DNA of 64,000 nucleotides from Amoebophrya sp. A120 (Eukaryota; Protista; Dinoflagellata): positions 5,744,828 to 5,808,827 of the forward strand of contig CAJINV010000004.1 in assembly GCA_905178155.1 (NCBI GenBank), read 5' to 3'. Position 1 is the first letter of the stretch; every line of letters begins with the position of its first letter. Positions 56,301 through 64,000 of this stretch are shown one piece after another. The notes below the pieces were generated by a model that saw only the letters and a program-made list of their open reading frames with translations, did not search any database and was not told the origin of the DNA. The translations under genes were made by a program, and so were the position numbers.

Positions 56301-56708
56301 TCCTGGCTCCTCCTGCATGTTTTCATCTGGTTTTATCGGCATCTCCACTTCCTGTTTCGTGTTCATGTTCTCTTTCTTCGTGTTTTTTTTGCTGCAGTGC
56401 AAAGATGCTGCTGCTGACTCGCCCTTGATCTCGTTCCCGGCTGCGATTTGTGGTAAATTTTTTCCGAGTTTACTTTCGCGGGCTGGGGCTTCGGCGCGGG
56501 CGCGCTCCTCTTTTTTTCCATCGCTCTCGCCGGGGTTCGAGCTCTTTTTCTTTCCTACTTTGGCCTTCTTCCGTTTCTCCAACTCGGAGGCATTGCGAGC
56601 CGCGCCATCGACCTTCTCCCCGCCAGGTCCGCCAAAGGGGACCAGGTTGTAGGACAGCCCCGCTTGTTGCGTAGTGTGACGTTCAGCCTTTTTGCTTTTT
56701 TTCGGCAT
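53372..56708 (-). CDS. DVNP: Long DVNP variant (~630 aa) with extended basic/acidic N-terminal tail, 7 exons
   Basis: Core NKIARGKQAKSQAFKGKKEKTAGGLKKDDLKKSKAGKVVSKK...WIAA...LGIEGFCPMGGKTKQGK|ELYAA. Five introners and GC-AG intron 53495-53699. Exon total 1893 nt. Confidence 0.8.
53812..54010. mobile_element. Introner family A, degenerate (199 bp)
   Basis: TATGCTGTGCAAAAGTAA.ATCTTCGC / TAAGCACTGCAAGAATAACTATCTTCGC ends. Flanking repeat eroded, but removal of element+5 restores the DVNP frame. Confidence 0.75.
54539..54765. mobile_element. Introner family F, degenerate (227 bp)
   Basis: TAT..GAAAA..CAGTT ends. No intact direct repeat. Removal of element+5 gives MQ|KKRKL. Confidence 0.65.
54854..55078. 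mobile_element. Introner family A-like, degenerate (225 bp)
   Basis: TATGCAT..CAAAA.TATCGC ends. Repeat CTTCA/CCACA (3/5). Confidence 0.75.
55574..55831. mobile_element. Introner family B, degenerate (258 bp)
   Basis: ATATGTCTG.GTC TIR core. Direct repeat TTCAA. Confidence 0.75.
55905..56209. mobile_element. Introner family E (305 bp)
   Basis: TATCCTG.GT...ACGTCCCC ends. Repeat CCTTC/CATTC. Confidence 0.82.
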
Positions 56709-57672
56709 CTTGGTTTCGTTTTCGCTGGTTTAGTTTCTCGTTTAGATATTAGCAAAAGAAGACGACAGAATCAATAATATGATGAAGCGGCCAAGTTGGT
56801 TATCAAGCGCAAGGGGTGTAATTCCAAAATAAAACACTCGAAGAAGTGACTGCGGATGCTCACTCGTAACACCAAGTCATGGAAGAATAAGAAATAAAGT
56901 CTTACTTGTGATAAAAAACAGAGATATTAGCAAGCCTCCACCTGCTAAAAAGAAAAAACGAAACAGGATATTAAGACGATGGCTTAATACTGGTTTGCTC
57001 TCGGCTCCTTTCACTAGAGAAGGAAACCTACAACTTACTCCGTTGCGGAGGGTCGTGAAACCCAAGGATACACACAAGAGTTGTGTATTGTAGAGATCGT
57101 GAAACGTGCATGTCGTGGAAGCGCCGGGCGCTCGATCTAGATCCCACAAAGTTAGAGCGTGGTTTTGAAGATCTTGTCCACATCATATAGCACCTTTGTT
57201 CAATAGTTAGTCGTGTCAGAACAACCCGACGGTGTCATGATCTTCTTCTATCGACGTCCTCCCGCGGGTCTTGCTTGTTATTAAATATACTCCTCTTCAG
57301 AAACGTAAGTATACATCCGGTAGTTGCAGAAGTGGTCTGGCATTACAAATCGTGTCGAGGCTGTGCCTATCCTGTTCTAGTCTTCCATACTGCTTGTAGA
57401 CAGTTTTTTGTACCATGCACAGAGTGGTCTCGAAGCCTCGTCGCACCTGTGTAACATCTTCTGTGGTAGTCTACGGCCCCCTGAGTGAAGCTCGAAACAA
57501 TCACTTCCTATACTTGGTAAAAAGCATTCATAAAGTAAAAAGTAGGTAAGCCGCATAAGAGCTGTAGTGGGGATCAGCTTGATCATACATGTGCTGGCTC
57601 GACCGCCAACCGGCAAGCCTTGCTATGCAAAGTGCATAGCCACCACCAGCGCGTCATCGATCTGGTCGTGGT

Positions 57673-58130
57673 TATAGAACAGGGCAACAAGGAAGTTGGA
57701 CGTGACCGGGGGGGTCACGTCCGTCCGTCCGGCCGGACGGACGGCACGTGACCGGGGGCAGTCCGGCCTCGGGGCGAGTTCGGCGCTCCTGAACTGTGGC
57801 CCACAGTAGCTAGAAGCCCCCGGCCGGCGCGTCACCGACGGCGGACCAGGGGCACGAGCCGCGCCTTTTTCCGTGAAAGACCGAACTCATGACCTTTTTT
57901 TTGAGCTAGCTGACAGCCCCCGGCCGCGTGACCGGGGGCGGAGCGTGACGAAGAGAGGCAGTTCTTCAGTGAAGTGCCGAGCTCATGACCCTTTTTTTAG
58001 TCGCCTGGGTTCGCGGCCCACAGCAGCCACCTCGACCACGACCGACCCCCGGTCACGTGCCGTCCGTCCGGCCGGCTGGACGGACGTGACCCCCCCGGTC
58101 ACGTCTAGGTTCCTTGTTACCTTGTTCATA
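57673..58130. mobile_element. Intergenic MITE with ~85-bp TIRs and palindromic CGTGACC(G)nGGTCACG units
   Basis: GAACA.GG.AACAAGGAA...GACGTGACCGGGGGGGTCACGTCCGTCC..CCGGCCGGACGGACGGCACGTGACCGGGGG mirrored at both ends. Confidence 0.85.
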
Positions 58131-58292
58131 CTAGTTTTAGTTTTAATACTTTTTGGAAATGAAAAATGGAGTTGAAGAAAAGAAACACGTTAGTATGAAT
58201 ATCGTATAAAGGTTCTGCCCTTAAAAATGTAGTGAAGCACATGGGTCTCCTCTGCATCTTCTTGTCGTGCTTTGTGATTGATTTTCCTTACA

Positions 58293-58446
58293 TATGCTGT
58301 GCAAAAGTATCGTACTCGTAGGGACTAATTGCAAATATGCATGACAAATCTTCCTCCAAAGGTAAAACAGCATTACAAATTCCACTTTTCTTCTAGAGAA
58401 AATGTGTAATGCAATTTATACTAGTACGTTACTTTTGCAATGCATA
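58293..58446. mobile_element. Family A element immediately downstream of a stop codon (154 bp)
   Basis: Family A TIR. Flanking repeat poor (TTACA/TTTAT). Confidence 0.8.
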
Positions 58447-58452
58447 TTTATA

Positions 58453-61400
58453 TTACAACTTCGTTGTTGACTTCCGCTTCATCAGGCTGATTTTTTTCTT
58501 CGGCGCAGTGAGTAAATCCGTGTCGTGTGTTATGAGAGTGCGAAGGAACTCCACCTCCCCCTAAAGATTTGTCATGCCTAAATTCCGATACATCTTCGAT
58601 ACAGTTCCAGTACCTGTCATCTGGCACTGTTCGCATCACAAGTTCCCGGATGATCAGAGGATCCCGAGCGGTACTAAGTATTTACCACGTCGAGATATGT
58701 TGTAGCTCTGCCTTTGTCATGCGGAAGTTGCACTGTTGCTGTTGCTTGTGTTGCTGCAGATGCAAAGATGCGAATGAGGGATGAGGGGGGGGCAACGTCG
58801 AGTTGTTGTGCACTCTCGTATGCGCGTGAGCATGCTCGGTGTGCTCGTCGTGCACGGCAGCCTCGTTCTTGGCTCCAACAACCGCAAGAACATCGACGCT
58901 GTTCAGATCCACCGGGATATTTTCTGCCGCCTGTTGTACCACTTGCTCGATATTAACCTGGTCTTTTCCCGTTTCCACATCGAGGTTTATATTATTCGCA
59001 GCAATGTCAACAGCTTCTCCCTCCGTTTGAGCAGGAAGGTGCAGAGGACCACTTGCTACTCCTGTCTGTTGTTCCTCTTCTGCTTTACTATTATTTTCAC
59101 TCTTCTCCAGTGCCCGCTCCGCAAAAGCCATGGTCGAGAGCCGCTTCCAAATTGGCCGGTGCGTCGGCATTGCTGCCATGACGGAATCCGTATTCCCGAC
59201 CGTGCCCAGCCGCCGAAACGGACTCGCCGCACGCACCGCCTCGGTCTTGGTCTCGTGCGCCTCCGGCATGGCGGAATTGAAATTCCCCACGGTGCCGAGG
59301 CGGGAGAGAACTTTGTTGCTACTGTCGTCACCTTCGTCCAACAGCGCTTCCCCCTCTGCTTTCTGTGCATTCCCCTTTTCCATCTGGTCAGCGCTGTCTA
59401 GATTGTTTGAAGAGTTTCCGTATGAATTGCAAAAGTATCGTATTCGTATAAATGCAATGTCCTCAGCATTGTAATGCGGATTTGCTTTCAGAAAAAATTT
59501 GTAATGCATGATTGCAATACGAGTACGATACTTTTGCACAGGATATTCCGCCTTTCTTCCTCAAAACGAATGCAGCAACCCCGCCGATGAGCAGCACTCC
59601 GCCGACAGCAGCCAAAATGATGGAAAGCAAAGAAGAGGAGTCGTCCGAGGAAGATCCACCGGCAATGCCAGCCGCACTCGTCTCTACTGTGGGCGGAGGC
59701 GTGGTGGTTACGAGCTCAGCAGTGGCCGTGCGTGTGACCGCCACGCCGGCCATCGTGAAATTGAACGAGTCCAAGCTAACGTTGCTGTTCGCCGCGATGG
59801 CGGCACTCAGCGCCGGGCCAAAGTGGTTCTGAAACAGCGTGGAAAACGTGCTGTTGCCCGCGCCAAGGGGACCCGCCGCGGCGTTCACTTGCGCCGCGAC
59901 ACTGGTGGCTTCGGCCTGCGACGCGAACCCGCGGATTGCGTAAGACACCGCGACCGTAAGGGAATTCACACCCACGTTCATTTGTGACGTCAGATGACGG
60001 TGGAAGAGGTAATTTCGAATGGAGTGGAACAGCCTCTCCTCATCGACTTGAATTTTGGGGTCAACAAACCCCTTCTCCTGCAGCTCCAGTAACCTCCTCC
60101 TTACCGTGGCGACGAGCCAGTACGCCAGCATCTCGATGCATCCCACAGAAAAAGCAGGCAGGGCATATTTGCAATGCAAAAATAGATACACAAAAAAATC
60201 TGCATTGCACCATACCCAAAGCAGCGTGCTATGGGGCCACCCATGACAAATTTTTCTGTGTATTTATTTTTGCATTACAAATTATATGCCCTGCCAGTTT
60301 TTTTCTCTGGGATACGATCCGGCTGCACTCCAGCGTCGCGTAGGCTGGGACGCTGCCGTATGAAAGTGCACAACTCCCTTTCCCCCTCGTTTTGTCATGC
60401 AAAATCCCACATCCAGCCTGCGCCTCTTGGCACTGTTTGCATGCCAAGCTCTGGTAGCCCAAATAGCACTATGTATACTCTAGTGCAAATTTGAATTTGT
60501 CATGCAAAACCGGCACTCTTGCTGATGCTTGTATTGCCGGCCATGCTATACAAATGAGGGAGAGGAGGGGCAGTTGTGCACTGTCATATGCCCCGCGTGG
60601 TTTCGCAGAGCGCCGAGTGGATGGCGGCGCGGAACGTGACACACACCGGGTTTGCGGAATTCAAGGTTTCGTTGGTGCCGCAGTTCGCGACGAACTGATT
60701 TTGGGTAGTCGAGGGCGGCGCGGTCGTCGCGACCAAACTACCTCCGGAGCCGCCAGAAGATGTTCCACTCGTTGTGCTGCCGGATCCTGTAGTACCGGAA
60801 GATCCTGTAGTACCGGAAGATCCTGTCGTACCAGATCCACCTGTCGTACCGGATCCTGTCGTGCCCGCAGTGCCGCCTGTTGTACCACCTGAAGTTGTCC
60901 CGGTCGTGCCCGTTCCGCCTGTTGTACCGCCTGAAGTTGTTCCTGTGGTGCCCGTTCCACCTGTTGTACCACCCGTCGTCCCACCAGTACTTCCGCTTCC
61001 CGTCGATGGCGACGGTGAGGGGCTCGGCGACGGACTCGGACTCGGTGACGGACTCGGGGTCGGGTCCGGCACTGGCGTGTCCAACACGATCTGCACTTCC
61101 GGCACCACTACCTGGTATTCCGCTACGAGTGTCGTGGTGGTTGTAGTGGTTGTCGTGGTGCTACTCGTTGCCGTGACCTGGAACGACTCAAACTGCACCT
61201 CGCACCTTGCGCCGGCGTAGCCCGGCGCGCATTTGGAACACAGGCAGCTGGTCTGGTTTTGCGCGGGATATATGCATTGCAAAAGTATCTTACCAGTATA
61301 AATGCCTATGCAAATTTCCTCAGCATGAGAAATAAAATCTGTCATGCGGATTCACCTTAAGAAAAAATAATGCAGGACTGCAATTACTACGAGTACGAGG

Positions 61401-62183
61401 ACGATACTTTTGCACAGGATAGGATACGCCTCCGTGCAATTTGGGCTCACGTGGAGTGCCGGATTGCACTCCTGGCACACGTCGAAAGGCGGGGTGCCGG
61501 TCAGTCCTGTATGGAATGCAAAAATGTCTGGGTCGTCTGGAAGCCTGTGATGCTGCATTGCGCATGACTGCAACGCTTGCAATGGCAGCCAAGCATGACA
61601 CACTTCGGAACGCTTTATTCTGCTGTGTGACGCGCATGACAAATTGCCTTTTTCCATAAACAAGGAAAGCTGCTCCTTTGCTGCTCATGCAACACAGATT
61701 TTCCAGGAATGCAAATTACGCATGTACAAGAAGTTGAAACCTTCGAGACCCAGACATATTTGCAATGCATATCCCGCGTCGGAGTGCAGCACCAGCGGCC
61801 ACGGGCAGGGCAGCGGCGCGGATCCGAGCCCGACGTTGGAGGTGGTGCCGGAATATCAAATGCAAAAATGTCTGGGTCTGGAAGAGTGCCAGACTTGTCA
61901 TGCAGGTATTCCATGACGCATGAGGTCTGGTATGTAGGACATAGCATGACAGATTCGGTGTTAGTTCTATCATGCCTATCCCGCATGAGAAACTGCCTCT
62001 CGATTAGGTCAAAGCGGACAGCTTTATTTGGTAATCATGCAACACTGATTTTATACATGGTTCATATTTAGCATGACAAGTTGCTTTGTTCCAGACCACC
62101 CAGACATTTTTGCATTTGATACGGAGGTGCACATGGCACTGGCTTCGTCGGACCCGTCCGCGCAGTTGTTCACCCCGTTGCAG
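58453..62183 (-). CDS. Type I membrane protein: LDL-receptor class A motif, laminin-EGF-like module, Thr/Gly/Ser/Pro mucin stalk, TM helix, cytoplasmic tail (5' exons unresolved, probably extending to ~62650)
   Basis: CNGVNNCADGSDE; CLCSKCAPGYAGARCE; (SP)n and GGTTG repeats; RRRLL; SIILAAVGGVLLIGGVAAFVLRKK. Seven introners are removed in frame. Confidence 0.75.
58531..58820. mobile_element. Introner family D, degenerate (290 bp)
   Basis: TA(T/C)GAGAGTGC ends. Repeat TGTGT/TGCGC (3/5). Confidence 0.7.
59421..59545. mobile_element. Introner family A (125 bp)
   Basis: Family A TIR. Direct repeat TTCCG. Confidence 0.92.
60139..60314. mobile_element. Introner family G (176 bp)
   Basis: (C/T)ATCCCA.AGAAAAA...GGCAGGGCATAT ends, almost fully palindromic. 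Repeat CGATG/CGATC. Confidence 0.85.
60359..60588. mobile_element. Introner family D (230 bp)
   Basis: TATGA.AGTGCACAACT ends. Repeat TGCCG/TGCCC. Confidence 0.88.
61271..61421. mobile_element. Introner family A (151 bp)
   Basis: Family A TIR. Direct repeat GGATA. Confidence 0.9.
61510..61771. mobile_element. Introner family B (262 bp)
   Basis: Family B TIR. Repeat TCCTG/TCCCG. Confidence 0.88.
61854..62121. mobile_element. Introner family B (268 bp)
   Basis: TATCAAATGCAAAAATGTCTGGGT at both ends. Repeat CGGAA/CGGAG. Confidence 0.9.
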
Positions 62184-62415
62184 CATCAAACGCAAATATG
62201 TCTGGATCTGGCAGCTCCAGCTTGTCATGCAAGGAAGGGAATACTGAGCACACTGTAATGCGCTCCCCAGCATGACAAGTTTTTCCGTGGTTCAGAGTTG
62301 CGTAGTCCGCATGAGAAACTGCGTTTTTGCATTGGGGCCAAAGCTTGGCAGCTATGCGCTTTTGATGACGCTCCATTGGTACTACCGACAGGAGACACAG
62401 ATATTTATGCTCTCC
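62184..62415. mobile_element. Degenerate family B introner, right boundary uncertain
   Basis: Left end CATCAAACGCAAATATGTCTGGATCTGG; eroded right end AGACACAGATATTT. Confidence 0.5.
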
Positions 62416-62967
62416 TTCAGCTTCACGATGGATATTAAGTACTTGCTATTTACACCTCCGCCCGACAGGGACACGGTGAATCGATTCGTTGTAAGTAAAG
62501 CGATTTTGTATTAAAGAGAAGGTTGTTGACGAACTCACGATCAATAAACCGATGCTTCAGCTCCTTGTACTTTACTGCTGTGTGGCCCACCAACGAGTGG
62601 CTTTCGCTTTTCTGCCTCGCGAACAACACCCAGAGATAGAGCATCAATTTACAGTCGTTCTGACTCACGGTAGTTTATTTCGTTTGTAGTTTAAAAATTT
62701 GACTCACCTGTAGTCACATGATTTTCATCTGCTTCTTCCCCATTTTGTGCTGTTATTTTTTTCTTGCAGCTTCCACCTTTCGCAGGTCAAGATTCTGTCC
62801 AAGTAAAGAATTCTCTCTCCAGCGTTCAGACTCACCAAACTCGAAAAGAAGCCTTGCTAGGTGAGAATATCAGGATTTGTGTTAGAAACCTAGACCTAGA
62901 CGCACCAATTTGCTTTTTCGTGTGATAATTTTTTTGGAACAAAAATGCATATTTATCACAAGAACCC

Positions 62968-64000
62968 TCACTTCTTCTCCCGCCGATGCTCTTCCACCGC
63001 AGCCCTGGCAGCGTCAGCGCCAGCACCGCCGGCGGCGAAGGTGTTTTGCAGCAGAAACTCCCGATCAAAGGCGTTGTCCGCGAACCGGCTGCGGTCCACT
63101 TTGCGGTGGGCCTCGCGGTTTTTCTCCCGTCGCCACTGGGATTCAAGGTGCTGCACTTCCTGCTCCTTCAGCGCCGCCGGAGACCCGACGGCGAAGACGC
63201 GCAGCTGAATCCTCTCCGGAAACTCCCACTGAAATGGCGGTTTTATTTCCTGTTCACTTTCATCGTCGTCGTCGTCGTCCGGGGGGCTGGAAGTGGCGGT
63301 AGAACGGGCCTTATTATAATTGGTCCTATGCTGCAAAACCTGCGTGACTAACTGGCCGTCGTCGAAAACAGAGTCGGAGGCCAGCATGTGCCCATTAAAG
63401 TCCGCGTCAATCCAGAGTCTGGACATGTCGCCGCCCTGGCCGCCGACGCCGAGCCCCTTGGGATGGTACGGGTTTTTGCTGTTCAAGTACGTATATGCAT
63501 TGCAAAAGCATCTTACTAGTAGTAATTGCAATACAAGTGTGCTTAGCATGACAAATGGAATTTGTCATGTCGATTCAGTTTAAGAAGCAGATTTGTAATG
63601 CATCGCTGCAATTACTACGAGTACGATACTTTTGCACAGCATAACGTAAAGTTGTTCTTCCGCCGGTTGCTCTTCACGCCCGCGGTCCGGAAGTTGACGT
63701 GCGGATGAACAAGTGGCCCTGCTAGGGGGTGCTGCGGCTGCTGCTGCTGTTGCTGCTCGTCCCCGTACGTGGAAGTTTCCGCACAAGTTCCACTGGTTGC
63801 GAATAGCGGTGAAGTTTCCGCACAAGTTCCACTGGAGGCAAAGAGAAACGCCGTGTCGCCAAGGTTGTCGGTGACATACTCGCCTTTTAGAGTTTCCTCG
63901 AAGCCACAGGGGATAAAAGCACCGAAAACGACCAAGCGCGAGGTCGTCGTGGTGGTGCAGGGAGCTGCTGTTCTTGTGGCGCTTGATGTTAGTGATGGAT
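62968..64000 (-). CDS. TLDc-domain protein, 3' part (5' end outside the window)
   Basis: VFGAF...AFLF...NNFT|YLNSKNPYHPKGLGVGG...RLWIDADF...LRVFAVG follow TLDc motif order. One introner. Confidence 0.8.
63494..63643. mobile_element. Introner family A (150 bp)
   Basis: Family A TIR. Direct repeat ACGTA. Confidence 0.92.

Overview
Eukaryotic DNA, almost certainly from a syndinian dinoflagellate of the Amoebophrya type. Evidence: two DVNP genes, all reconstructed host genes on the minus strand, and about 37 non-canonical 'introner' introns with TAT...ATA inverted-repeat ends. I reconstructed about 13 host genes by hand: an EXD3/Mut-7-like giant protein, a membrane protein, a MIT protein, an MDM2-type RING protein, PUF6/PUM3, an EF-hand + HExxH metallopeptidase fusion, a purple acid phosphatase, a Cys-rich protein, two DVNPs, an LDLa/EGF/mucin membrane protein and a TLDc protein. 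Removing each introner plus exactly one copy of its 5-nt flanking repeat restores the reading frame at every junction I could resolve, and the junctions checked have no GT-AG. The most striking structure is nested four levels deep. The peptidase gene contains a 13.1-kb introner (25977-39112, perfect 32-bp TIR, GAATC repeat). That introner contains a 12.9-kb three-ORF non-LTR retroelement (11-bp TSD). The retroelement's RT is itself split by a 615-bp TIR element whose precise removal restores a ~1898-aa APE-RT ORF. All three retro-type insertions in the window (this LINE, a 1-kb fragment, a deleted copia-like LTR element) lie inside one introner family (B), two of them at the same offset (nt 114/115). 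All assignments come from reading the sequence by eye; no database searches were run.
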